Below are positions 48,570 through 57,972 of a stretch of DNA of 64,000 nucleotides, one piece after another. The notes under the pieces were generated by a model. The model had not been told where the DNA came from and searched no databases. It was given only the letters and a program-made list of their open reading frames with translations. Location of the stretch: contig JAWCCZ010000006.1 in assembly GCA_038861545.1 (NCBI GenBank), positions 12,079 to 76,078 on the forward strand. Direction: 5' to 3'. Source of the stretch: Thermofilaceae archaeon (GTDB taxonomy: Archaea > Thermoproteota > Thermoprotei > Thermofilales > Thermofilaceae). The stretch's first letter is position 1. The number at the start of each line of letters is the position of its first letter. The translations under genes were made by a program, and so were the position numbers.

Positions 48570-49133
48570 ACCAATTGAAACATCGGCTTAAAGGTTACGT
48601 CAAAAAAGCTTAACTCTTTAAACTTTTTGTCCCTTCAAGCCCAACGGCATTATCAAGTAATCTATCGCCTACTCGGGTTAGGAACAAATTGATGCTGGCT
48701 TCTTGGTTCCATCTAGCTCTTTACTCAATTCACGTGGCTCCGGGGCTCTGTGGTAAGTCTGAGATCACCTACTTTCAACGGTAAACCGAGAGAGCTGGCA
48801 AGCCCGAGTACATGGCTCTGATTTTCGGTCTAATATAATCTCGTAAAGCATTGGGCTTCCGCCCGAAAATGCTAAACTTAGTTCTCTATATTAAGCGTAA
48901 GCTTCGCAAACTAATCGAGCAAGTGGATAAACTTTAGAGATCAGCTGCATGCATTTGAGCCAGACTTTTCGCGCCCACTAGGCGTGGATTACGATGGAAG
49001 TACTCCTCCATAGTCCCCCTTAAACCTGTTTTTCCTTTTCCAAGCAAGTTAACAGTTCCACCGTGGCTAGCGAGTGTCTGCAAAGAGTGTGGAAGGCTTG
49101 GCAAAGAATACGTGGTAGAGCGTTCAGCTAACG

Positions 49134-49937
49134 TTACTGGATGGATTTACTGCGCGCTATCATTTTAGCAACTTCTTCCGGTGTAGGGGCGCAGTCCTCT
49201 AGCCTAGAAGCCAGTACCTGAAGTTGAGTTGGTACGAAACCGTGCCCGGTTAAGAATTTAATGTCTCTCAACACCTCTCTAGAGGGGCCGTCACGCACTA
49301 CAGATCCGTTTTCGAGGGCTACGATTCTTTTAGTGAAACGGGCGAGGAGGTCTGTATCGTGAGATACGACAATGATGGAGTTTCCCTGCCTATTCAGCTT
49401 TATAAGCGTGTTGAATAGCGCTGCGCACCTTGCATAGTCTAAACCAGTTGTCGGCTCGTCTAGTATAATAACCTCAGGCTCTAAGGCTAGAACGCACGCT
49501 ATTGCAAGCCTATGCTTTTCGCCGAAGCTAAGCGCATGCGGCGAGGATTCTAGCGGTTTATTAAGATCAACGTTTTTGAGTGCGCGTAACACTCTCTCCT
49601 CTACCTCTTTTTTCTCATATCCGAAGTTCCTCAAAGCAAAAGCTACCTCATCATAGATCGTGGAGGAGAAGAGCATCATATCAGGGTTCTGGAATATATA
49701 GCCGACTTTCCTGGCCAGCTCTGAGACTGAGATGTCTCTAGTATCGAGACCGTCTACGAGCACTCTTCCTTTAGTGGGTTTAAGTATTCCCGCAGCGAGC
49801 TTAACTAAGGTGGTTTTACCAGCGCCACTGTGGCCTATTATTCCGATGCTCTCCCCCCTCCCGACTTTCAACGTGACTCCCTTTACTGCTGTTGGGCCAC
49901 CCGGGTAAGTATAGCTTACATTCTCGATTTCTATCAT
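49134..49937 (-). CDS. ecfA: ECF transporter ATPase (EcfA')
   Basis: GHSGAGKTT, FQNPD, LSFGEKHR, LDEPTTGLD. Confidence 0.92.
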   Translation of the reverse strand: MIEIENVSYTYPGGPTAVKGVTLKVGRGESIGIIGHSGAGKTTLVKLAAGILKPTKGRVLVDGLDTRDISVSELARKVGYIFQNPDMMLFSSTIYDEVAFALRNFGYEKKEVEERVLRALKNVDLNKPLESSPHALSFGEKHRLAIACVLALEPEVIILDEPTTGLDYARCAALFNTLIKLNRQGNSIIVVSHDTDLLARFTKRIVALENGSVVRDGPSREVLRDIKFLTGHGFVPTQLQVLASRLEDCAPTPEEVAKMIARSKSIQ

Positions 49938-50773
49938 AGGCCATACACCCGTAATGCATCGTTTAATCGCACTGGAATGGGCGTCTTTATCCCGGCTCTC
50001 CTTAACTCATAAGCTACTTCACTGGCTCCAGGAGGTCTTACACCATACTTCTCAATTTCCTCAACTCTACTGAAAAGTTCCTCCGGTTCTCCCTCCAACA
50101 CTATGCTACCCTCATGCATGACCGAGATACGGTCTGCGACTTCAACCGCCCACTCAACCTTATGTTCAGCTGCTACTATCGTTAAACCGTGCTCTCTCTT
50201 CAGGAGGGATACCGTGTCCAACACTAGCTGGGTTCCTCTATGATCTAGCATTGAGGTTGGTTCGTCCAGAAGCAGTACTTTAGGTCTCATCGTTAAAACG
50301 CTAGCTATAGCTAACAGTTGCTTTTCCCCTCCGGAGAGAGATTGCGGGTTCTTAGTCAGATACCTGCTTAAATCTAACGCGTTAACAACCCATTCAACTC
50401 TTTCGATAACCTCATCTTTAGGTAACCCTATGTTTTCTGGTATCATTGAGAGTTCTTCGTAAACTGACTGGGCTATAACTTGCATCTCCGGGTTTTGAAA
50501 CACGATACCTACTTGGCCTATCAACCCCTTATATCCATCTTCAACAACATTGATACCCTCAACCAAGATTTCGCCTTTCACTACTCCTGGTATAACCCAT
50601 GGAAGTAAACCGGCCACAACGTAAAGTAATGTGCTCTTACCGCAACCACTTGGTCCCATTAACACTAACATTTCGCCTTTCCTAACTCCCAATGTAATAT
50701 TTCTCAATATCCAGTCTGCAGATATAGCGTACCTAGCATGTAAGTTTTTCAAGTGTACGGAAATATCCCCCAT
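49934..50773 (-). CDS. ecfA: ECF transporter ATPase (EcfA)
   Basis: GPSGCGKST, FQNPE, LSGGEKQ, LDEPTSMLD. Confidence 0.92.
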   Translation of the reverse strand: MGDISVHLKNLHARYAISADWILRNITLGVRKGEMLVLMGPSGCGKSTLLYVVAGLLPWVIPGVVKGEILVEGINVVEDGYKGLIGQVGIVFQNPEMQVIAQSVYEELSMIPENIGLPKDEVIERVEWVVNALDLSRYLTKNPQSLSGGEKQLLAIASVLTMRPKVLLLDEPTSMLDHRGTQLVLDTVSLLKREHGLTIVAAEHKVEWAVEVADRISVMHEGSIVLEGEPEELFSRVEEIEKYGVRPPGASEVAYELRRAGIKTPIPVRLNDALRVYGL

Positions 50774-51534
50774 AGAGCCACACCTCCATAGAAAAGTATC
50801 GAGAAGATCAGAAAAATACTATCTCTTTTAGTCCATTTAGGTTCAAAAACATATGTCCTTTTCCCATAACCGGCATACCTTGAAGCGAGTACCATACCGA
50901 GATCCCATATATCGCTGAGAAGCCTAGCTATGAGGGGAACGATTACTGGAACATGTTTCCTGAGACGTTCTAGTGGTCCACCCCTATCTAATGCTAAACC
51001 ACGGGTTTTCTGAACTTCAATCACTTCTCTAGTGGATTTGACTATAGATGGAAGCATGCTTAAGGAGATGGTAAAGGCTAAGGAAAGTTTGTGTGGCAAC
51101 CTCAGCTTATCTAGGACCCACATCACATGGTACGGCTTCGTTGAAGTGAAGAATACGGCGAATGCAAGCACAGGGCAGATTATAAGGAAAAACTTGCCTA
51201 TAGCAACTGAGACCCCTATATCTGTGAGTTGAAGTATACCTACTTCAAAGATGACTTTACCGTGCGAGCTGTACATGCCAGCCCATACCAAAGTAACAGC
51301 AATCAAAAATGCTAACATGTTGAATATTAGAAGCGCGGCGAATCCTGCGCCAATTCCAGAGAGCGCGAGGGCTACAACAGCGGATATGAAAACAGGTGTT
51401 CCTTTAATACCGTTAAACTGTGTCGCCATCGAAGCCACCAGTACCAGAAAGGTCCAGAGAAGCTTAGCCCTTGGATCAAGCCTATGGAAAAAAGTATCTT
51501 TAGAGACGTATAAACCTGTAAGCACTTCAACCAC
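50749..51534 (-). CDS. ecfT: ECF transporter transmembrane component T
   Basis: HRLDPRAKL, QKTRG and LASR coupling motifs. Confidence 0.92.
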   Translation of the reverse strand: MVEVLTGLYVSKDTFFHRLDPRAKLLWTFLVLVASMATQFNGIKGTPVFISAVVALALSGIGAGFAALLIFNMLAFLIAVTLVWAGMYSSHGKVIFEVGILQLTDIGVSVAIGKFFLIICPVLAFAVFFTSTKPYHVMWVLDKLRLPHKLSLAFTISLSMLPSIVKSTREVIEVQKTRGLALDRGGPLERLRKHVPVIVPLIARLLSDIWDLGMVLASRYAGYGKRTYVFEPKWTKRDSIFLIFSILFYGGVALWGIFPYT

Positions 51535-51568
51535 CGGATGGTAAAAAATAAACTTAGCTAACTTTAGC

Positions 51569-52432
51569 TTAGAGTGGCCTTACCCTATCTCTCCAGTATA
51601 ACCCCCTGCCTTTAACCATGGGGAACAACACTCTTCCAAGTAATGGTGAGAGTACTGCGTTAACAGTAACATTGTTTAGAAGTATTGTCGGTGCTATTAT
51701 TCCCCAGGTAACGAAAAGCGGTAAACCCACTATGCTTTCAGCGAAGTCTAACCACCAGCAGATATAAATCGCGCTGTAAAAAGCTTGGACAATTACGCCC
51801 CACAGGTAGAATTCACCTATCGAAGAGGCGCTTGCAAAGCTATGATCTCTAACCATTTTATAGGGCAGATAAGCGATGAGGAAGTTACCGATGAAACCAC
51901 CAAATGAGCCTATACCGAAGAAACCGCCAATAATATCGGCGATAAGGTTCCCAAAAGCTACACCTAAGCAACCGGGGATCCCGAAAAACATACCGAAAAT
52001 CGGAGCCAGTGAATTAGCTGGTCTTAGCCAGGTAAAGCCGGGAACTATAACGATTGGGGCAGTCGCTGCAAGCAGACCACCGTATACAGCAGCGCTCAGA
52101 GCTGCAAGCGCAATATCGATAACCCCCCAACTAGATACTCCCATCCTATTCCTGGAAACCCCCTTTTTAGTGAGAGTGAAACCAACCAGCTCTAGAGCAA
52201 AGAGTAGGGTCCCAAAAATCCAAAGTACTGCTCCGATAGCGAAGACACTATCATGAAATCCCAGAAAAGCCTGCGATATCGCGAATGCTCCCCAAGGGTT
52301 CTCGGGATTAGTTGTCAATGCCAGCCAGAAGGCGTAAATCAGCCCAGCGGCTATTAATAGCCCGGTAATCACGACTAACACGTAAAGCGCCTTAAGTGAA
52401 CCCGCAGTTTTTACAACTTTTTCTCCGCTCAC
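51569..52432 (-). CDS. ECF transporter S component (QueT/QrtT-like) with an N-terminal extension
   Basis: AALSAAVY, TWLRPAN, FGNLIAD, GGFIGNF; first gene of the S-T-A-A' operon. Confidence 0.82.
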   Translation of the reverse strand: MSGEKVVKTAGSLKALYVLVVITGLLIAAGLIYAFWLALTTNPENPWGAFAISQAFLGFHDSVFAIGAVLWIFGTLLFALELVGFTLTKKGVSRNRMGVSSWGVIDIALAALSAAVYGGLLAATAPIVIVPGFTWLRPANSLAPIFGMFFGIPGCLGVAFGNLIADIIGGFFGIGSFGGFIGNFLIAYLPYKMVRDHSFASASSIGEFYLWGVIVQAFYSAIYICWWLDFAESIVGLPLFVTWGIIAPTILLNNVTVNAVLSPLLGRVLFPMVKGRGLYWRDRVRPL

Positions 52433-52440
52433 GGGGGATC

Positions 52441-52458
52441 TATAAACAGTAGTTTATA
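52441..52458. promoter_or_regulatory. Perfect 7-4-7 palindrome across the ECF operon promoter; candidate operator
   Basis: TATAAAC-AGTA-GTTTATA, 9-26 nt upstream of the GTG at 52432. Confidence 0.45.
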
Positions 52459-52600
52459 TTTTTTTATCTTGGAATTGGTAATTGTAAAATAACTTACTAG
52501 TTCTTTTTCTTTGTATGAAGACTCAAATTTAACATATTTATGATAAATAATAAGCATACCCTTCCCGAAGAGCTTTTAACTTACTCTTTTTAGTCTGCTG

Positions 52601-53068
52601 ATGCTAGGACCTGGAGATTTGAATGCATTTTTAAAGGGTCGAAGAGTTAAGTACGAGCTAGTCAAGGTGCTAAAAGCAGCTACTTCAATAGAAGCCGCGA
52701 GGAGTCTCGGTGTTGATCTAAGCTTTATAGCTAAAACTGTGGTGATGCTGACCGATACAGGGTACCCGATTTTAGTAGTTATACGTGCTGATAAGCGCGT
52801 TAACCTGGGAGAGCTTGCGCGACTTCTAGGGTTAAATAAGCTTAGATTAGCTACTGGGAGCGAAGTCGCTGAAATAACAGGTTATGCTCCAGGCGGAGTG
52901 CCTCCGCTAGCTCATGCAAGAAAACTTCCAGTTTACTTGGATAAGGAGTTACTTGAGCTAGAGTACGTTTACACAGGAGGGGGCGATGATAAGCATCTTC
53001 TACGCATCTCGCCCGCTGACATTGTTAAAATGGCTGAGGCAACTGTTGTAAATATTCCTAAAAAGTAG
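52601..53068 (+). CDS. YbaK/EbsC aminoacyl-tRNA deacylase family protein
   Basis: IAKTVV, RLAT, TGYAPGGVPP, YTGGG. Confidence 0.92.
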   Translation: MLGPGDLNAFLKGRRVKYELVKVLKAATSIEAARSLGVDLSFIAKTVVMLTDTGYPILVVIRADKRVNLGELARLLGLNKLRLATGSEVAEITGYAPGGVPPLAHARKLPVYLDKELLELEYVYTGGGDDKHLLRISPADIVKMAEATVVNIPKK

Positions 53069-53331
53069 GCTTGAATTAAACACTGGTCTTTTAACAATTT
53101 GATAATGAGACGTGCACATATTTGCTTTGAGCTGGCTGAATAGCTGTTCATGAATACGAACAAAGTTTCTATTACTATTACCGCATTGGAAGGAGCCTGA
53201 TAACCAATCAAGACTAGCTTCAAAGTATAAACATGAGTAAAGTATCTAAGCCAGCTAGTTCAATAAATTTTAAGTTTAACTTTTTGTTTTAATCCTAACA
53301 CATGCTTGGTAATTTGTACGAGAAAAGCTGT

Positions 53332-53800
53332 ATGAGCGGCAGCGTCTATACATTAGGGCATAACAACAGGCTGTTTAAAGAGTTCATTGAATTGCCTCTA
53401 CAGTACGGCATAGAATTGCTTATAGATATTCGAAGATAGTCTAAGTCATCAAGTTTCAGCACTTCAATAGGGAGGTTCTAGAAGAAGCTTTGAAAGAGTG
53501 AAAATCAACTGTGTTTGGCTTGGAGAGTTGCTTGGCAGATACAGAAAGGAGGGTTATAAAAACTACATGTAGATCAGCGAGTTCGAACATGGCTTAGCTT
53601 TGCTCATAGAGCTTGTACGGAAAAAGAGATCTGCTATTATATGTAGCGAGAAACCGTGGTTTAAATGTCATCGAATGTTCATCACTGGTAAGCTGCTGAC
53701 TTGTAGCTGGGAAGTCATTCATATAATTGATACGAAACGTGTGTATAGGCATAAACGGTTAGAAGAGTTAAATGTAAACCGGGAGATCAGGGTTGTCTAG
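53332..53800 (+). pseudogene. DUF488 family pseudogene
   Basis: MSGSVYTLGHNNR...LIDIRR*, FNRE.L, WLGELLG.YR, CSEKPWFKCHR...HII; stops at 53437, 53499 and 53570 plus frameshifts. Confidence 0.88.
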
Positions 53801-54466
53801 AAATATGCATGAAGTACTAGGTTCATAATGCATGGATACTGCTTTCACTGTTACTCCTGCCTCAGCGGCTTTGGCTAGGAGAAGAGGTATCTCCGGATCT
53901 CCTTTTTCATACGGTTTAAATGCTTTCACGTCCGGTAAAGCGGCTATAAACACTATAAGTGCTTTCCCGCCTTTCTTAACATATTCGGAAATCTCGCTTA
54001 AATGCCGCCTTCCGCGCATCGTTGGACAATCGGGGTACATAGCGTAGAAACCATCTCTTAAAACAGCGCTTTTCACCTCGACGAACATGCGGTATGAGCC
54101 GCATTTGAGTAGGTAATCGAGTCTCGAAGAACTGAGTTTTGGCGCTCTAGTTATGATTCGACAAGCAGCCCATGGGATGAGCTTTCGGTTTAAAGCTTTT
54201 TCAAAAGCTTGCATTTGGAAGCCGGTATCAATTAAGGCGGCTTTTCCACGATCTTCCACCGCGATTAACTTAAACTTAGTTACTCCCTCATACTTGGGCA
54301 AGCAGTACCCTATTCTGCCATGGATTAAGTAATCGGTGAGCCTACCCGTGTTAGTAATATGCGCTAAGGCGTGTTCTTCTTTCACCAATACCTCAACTAC
54401 AAACCTATTCCTTCTTTCCAATATTTTACATTTAATAGGTTCGGGAAGTTCAATTAAAGGTATCAC
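53768..54466 (-). CDS. sfsA: DNA/RNA nuclease SfsA
   Basis: RRNRF, AHITNTGRL, SRLDYLL, VEVKS, YPDCPTMRGRRHL. Start moved to GTG 54466, which removes the overlap with the radical SAM gene. Confidence 0.93.
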   Translation of the reverse strand: MIPLIELPEPIKCKILERRNRFVVEVLVKEEHALAHITNTGRLTDYLIHGRIGYCLPKYEGVTKFKLIAVEDRGKAALIDTGFQMQAFEKALNRKLIPWAACRIITRAPKLSSSRLDYLLKCGSYRMFVEVKSAVLRDGFYAMYPDCPTMRGRRHLSEISEYVKKGGKALIVFIAALPDVKAFKPYEKGDPEIPLLLAKAAEAGVTVKAVSMHYEPSTSCIFLDNPDLPVYI

Positions 54467-54517
54467 ATGGATGTATGTTAACTTTAGGTTTAAGAGCATA
54501 TACCCTTTTACCCAGCA

Positions 54518-55423
54518 ATGAGTTATATCCGGCCTTTCGACCCGTGGCGGAAGGGAAGCCTTTGCACCTGTCCTTTTAAGTACACCGTGAACCCTTACAC
54601 GGGTTGCAGCCACGCCTGCCTCTACTGCTACGCGTCGAGCTACATACGCAGGTTTTTCCAGCCTAGACCTAAAGTGGGTTTTCTAAGGCGATCATTTAAC
54701 GACTTGAAACGTTTACCACCTATCTCTATCATCAATATATCGAGTAGCAGCGATCCGTATCAGCCGTGCGAGCTCGAATACCAGTATACGCGCCACCTTC
54801 TGGAAGTCATTGCAGGAAAACATATAGTTGAGGTTGTTACTAAATCTGACCTAGTAGTAAGGGATATTGATTTGTTGAAGAGAGGGTTCAGCATAGTCTC
54901 AGTTACCTTAACGACGCTTGATGAAAGCTTAGCCGCTAGGCTTGAGCCAGGGGCGCCGCCATCTAAGCGTAGAATCGAAGCCATGGGTAAGCTATCGCGG
55001 GCTGGAATACCGGTTGTCTTGAGGCTTGACCCTTTAATACCGGGCCTTACCGACTCTCCTGATTCCATAAGAGAGGTTATCGAAGAGGCTGTATCGTCTG
55101 GGGTTAGCCATGTAGTCAGCAGTATATACAAAGTTAAGCCAGATAACCTGCGAAGGGTTATTGAGGTATTTCCGGAAATACTCCCTAGGATTAGGGAGTT
55201 ATACTTTAAGCATGGTGAACGGATCCACGGTTACTTATACTCAGAAAGATCATACCGTTTTAAAACCCTGAAAGTAGTTAGAGAAGAAGCGCATCGCCAT
55301 GGATTAACTTTCGCCTCCTGCAGAGAAGGTTTCCCAGAACTCTCTGATCCTGGGGTTTCATGCGACGGCACATATCTAACTCACGCTAGTAGTAGTTTTC
55401 AGCATACTTTGCGTAGTTATTAA
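54518..55423 (+). CDS. Spore photoproduct lyase-like radical SAM protein (COG1533)
   Basis: NPYTGCSHACLYCYA, SDPYQP.E, TKS...RD, LEPGAPP, PLIPGLTD. Confidence 0.9.
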   Translation: MSYIRPFDPWRKGSLCTCPFKYTVNPYTGCSHACLYCYASSYIRRFFQPRPKVGFLRRSFNDLKRLPPISIINISSSSDPYQPCELEYQYTRHLLEVIAGKHIVEVVTKSDLVVRDIDLLKRGFSIVSVTLTTLDESLAARLEPGAPPSKRRIEAMGKLSRAGIPVVLRLDPLIPGLTDSPDSIREVIEEAVSSGVSHVVSSIYKVKPDNLRRVIEVFPEILPRIRELYFKHGERIHGYLYSERSYRFKTLKVVREEAHRHGLTFASCREGFPELSDPGVSCDGTYLTHASSSFQHTLRSY

Positions 55424-55460
55424 CACGAAACTTATAATAGGGTAGAGGAATATTAGTTCG

Positions 55461-56648
55461 ATGAATTCAAAGCTGGGCCTTCTAGCGCTTTTATTGGTAG
55501 CTTTAATATATCTACCTTTGTTATCAGGCGCCCCTCCCCTGCAGGGATTAATAGTTATCGAGTACGGGATGAGCGGATGCCCATACTGTGTAGCTCAAAA
55601 AGCCGTGCTTGAGGGTTTATGGGAGGAGGGTAAGCTTTACTTTGTTTACGTGGAATTAATGGGTAACGAGACAAATGCCCTCGAGTACTCCACCTTGTAT
55701 ACCATATTGGTAGGCGACAACTTGCGTGTACCCTTCCTCGTGCTTCTTATAGACGGTGAAGTGAAAGCGGTACTTGTCGGCTACTGTAACTCCACTCAGC
55801 TTCTCGGTATAGCTGGGAACGCGACAAAATCCACGGGTATACTGGTTGTTTCAGGTTCTGGTGTTAGAGAAGTTGTAAATGACACAACCATAACTGAGGT
55901 TCAGCGAATCATTGGTTCTAGGCTTAAAGGTGTTTCCCCCTCTGTTTTTCTTCCACCCTTAACTTTACGTCAAGCTTTAGCGTTACTGGTGCCGCTCGCA
56001 GTCGCTAGTAGTATGAACCCCTGTACCTTTACCCTTTATGCTGCGTTAGTTGCAACGGTGCTAGTAGGTGGGAGGAGAAAGGCGCTTACTGTCGCGCTTG
56101 CCTTTATAGTTGGGGTTTTTGTGTGCTACTACTTAGTTGGCGTGGGTTTAGTAACGGCTACGTTATCCTCCCCTAGGATTTTAGTAAAAATATTTTCAGT
56201 GCTCGGCGTGGCGCTAGGAGTTTACTCTATGGTTAAAAGTTTGAGGCCAGGGGTTAAATTACCTATACCTGAAACAGTGAAAAGGATGCTGGAGATACCG
56301 CAGGACTTAACGACAAGCGCGGTTTACGGAGTTGCTGGTCCTTTAGGGGCTACCGGATTAGGCGTGTTATTCGGACTAGTTTTCTTTCCCTGCTCGGGTG
56401 CTCCGTACCTGGTTTTCACAACTATCCTTTCCCGCCTTTCTACCCACCAAGTTAGATACATTCTCTTGTTACTTTACAACGCTATAGCAGTGCTCCCCTT
56501 AATAGGAGTTGCCCTAGTGCTGATTTTAACGGGGTCAGCTACCGAGAGTGTCGGTAGGCTGCGCGGACCCAGAGTTGCAAGGGCTTTACAATTGTCTTCG
56601 GGTGTTCTTCTCACGTCGATTAGCGTTTATATTCTCTTAACTCTTTAG
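55461..56648 (+). CDS. Glutaredoxin/thioredoxin (CPYC)-CcdA fusion, tandem paralog 1
   Basis: Signal peptide, GCPYC, VP, SMNPC, FPCSGAPY. Confidence 0.85.
   Translation: MNSKLGLLALLLVALIYLPLLSGAPPLQGLIVIEYGMSGCPYCVAQKAVLEGLWEEGKLYFVYVELMGNETNALEYSTLYTILVGDNLRVPFLVLLIDGEVKAVLVGYCNSTQLLGIAGNATKSTGILVVSGSGVREVVNDTTITEVQRIIGSRLKGVSPSVFLPPLTLRQALALLVPLAVASSMNPCTFTLYAALVATVLVGGRRKALTVALAFIVGVFVCYYLVGVGLVTATLSSPRILVKIFSVLGVALGVYSMVKSLRPGVKLPIPETVKRMLEIPQDLTTSAVYGVAGPLGATGLGVLFGLVFFPCSGAPYLVFTTILSRLSTHQVRYILLLLYNAIAVLPLIGVALVLILTGSATESVGRLRGPRVARALQLSSGVLLTSISVYILLTL
55558..55687 (+). repeat. 130-nt near-identical tract, copy 1 (copy 2 at 56803-56932)
   Basis: 25-nt and 74-nt identical blocks flanking a diverged 22-nt island. 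Confidence 0.95.
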
Positions 56649-56705
56649 AGATAAAAATTACTGCATGGTACGTATACTTAAATACCCAAGGTATTCCTTA
56701 TTCTG

Positions 56706-57923
56706 GTGCGTTCAACCATGGTTCAGAAAATAGTGTTTACAGCGTTTCTTGCATTTTCTCTACTGTACGTCACCGTTGCTTTTCCACAGCATGTAGTCAT
56801 AGTCGAGTACGGGATGAGCGGATGCCCCCATTGCGTTGAGCAGAAGGCTGTGCTTGAGGGTTTATGGGAGGAGGGTAAGCTTTACTTTGTTTACGTGGAA
56901 TTAATGGGTAACGAGACAAATGCTCTCGAGTATGTAACTCTTTATGATATTCTTGGTTTATATGATCTTGAAGGGGATTATTATGTCCCGTTACTCGTGA
57001 TAACAGTTGATGACAACGTTAAAGGTATAACAGTTGGTTACCATAACACAAGCCAGCTATTGTACCTTATAGATCAATCAACTAGGGCTCCTTGCTTGAA
57101 AGTATGGTCTAGCTCAGGCACGGTAGAAATAACAAATGAGACAATAATACTCTACGTTCAGCAGATTCTAGGCAATAGGCTAAGCTTCACTTCAACTACC
57201 GAATCGCCCGGAAAGCCTACAGGTTCACATGAAACTCCAGCTCAAAAACAACTTTCGCCGATTGAGGCTCTTTCAATACTTATTCCCTTAGCAGCTTCGG
57301 ATAGCGTAAACCCCTGCACTTTTGCTGTTTACACTACGCTTCTTACAACAGTGCTCGTGTTAGGTGGAGCACGAAAGATGCTAGCATCAGCTTTAGCGTT
57401 TATAACAGCGGTTTTTACATGTTATTACATTCTCGGTGTAGGCTTAGTCACTGCTACAACTATGCTCCCCGCTTGGTTTATAAAGGTATTAGCTGCGTTA
57501 GGCTTAGTTGCTGGAATCTACTCTATAGCTGTAAGTCTGAGGGGTGATTTTAAGTCGCCTATCCCAGATAAACTGAAAAGAGTTACGGAAAGCGCGCTTT
57601 TCAAAGTCGCCGGCCCTCTCGGAGCAGCTGGTTTAGGAGCGCTTTGCAGTTTCACTCTTTTACCGTGTTCCAGTGGGCCTTACATAGTATTCGCCGGTGT
57701 TTTATCAAGGATTCCAACTTTCATGCTCAGGTACTTGCTCTTAGCAGTTTACAACTTGATATTCGTCACACCGCTGGTAGCTCTAGCTGTCGTTATTTCA
57801 GTTTTTAGGGTTAAAGCTCGAAGACTGAAACAACTGCGTGACGAAAGAACTCTAACAGTTATGGAGCTGGCAGGTGGCGTCTTGTTAGCTTCGATTTGTG
57901 CTTGGATCTTAGTGACTTTCTAG
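56706..57923 (+). CDS. Glutaredoxin/thioredoxin (CPHC)-CcdA fusion, tandem paralog 2
   Basis: Signal peptide, GCPHC, VP, DSVNPC, LPCSSGPY. Confidence 0.87.
   Translation: MRSTMVQKIVFTAFLAFSLLYVTVAFPQHVVIVEYGMSGCPHCVEQKAVLEGLWEEGKLYFVYVELMGNETNALEYVTLYDILGLYDLEGDYYVPLLVITVDDNVKGITVGYHNTSQLLYLIDQSTRAPCLKVWSSSGTVEITNETIILYVQQILGNRLSFTSTTESPGKPTGSHETPAQKQLSPIEALSILIPLAASDSVNPCTFAVYTTLLTTVLVLGGARKMLASALAFITAVFTCYYILGVGLVTATTMLPAWFIKVLAALGLVAGIYSIAVSLRGDFKSPIPDKLKRVTESALFKVAGPLGAAGLGALCSFTLLPCSSGPYIVFAGVLSRIPTFMLRYLLLAVYNLIFVTPLVALAVVISVFRVKARRLKQLRDERTLTVMELAGGVLLASICAWILVTF
56803..56932 (+). repeat. 130-nt near-identical tract, copy 2
   Basis: Aligns to 55558-55687 without gaps. Confidence 0.95.
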
Positions 57924-57972
57924 AACCCACCACCGTTATTGTTAAGTTCCGCTGAATGCTTTTTAACTAGGT

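Noticed and set aside
48570-48660. Possible riboswitch upstream of the RibU/PanT-like S component
   Set aside because: A TATA (TTTAAG) lies close upstream of the start, implying a leaderless mRNA, and no FMN, TPP or cobalamin aptamer motifs were seen
53437-53572. In-frame TAG/TGA codons in DUF488 (and TAG in vapC) as pyrrolysine or selenocysteine recoding
   Set aside because: They co-occur with frameshifts, and no pyl/sel genes are in the window; simple decay explains them
54467-54613. N-terminal extension of sfsA overlapping the radical SAM gene
   Set aside because: Family similarity begins at GTG 54466; the extension is an ORF-calling artefact. The same applies to 15131-15244, 9634-9684 and 40230-40319
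55558-56932. Diversity-generating retroelement TR/VR pair
   Set aside because: Mismatches are not adenine-specific, both copies are coding N-terminal regions, and no reverse transcriptase is present
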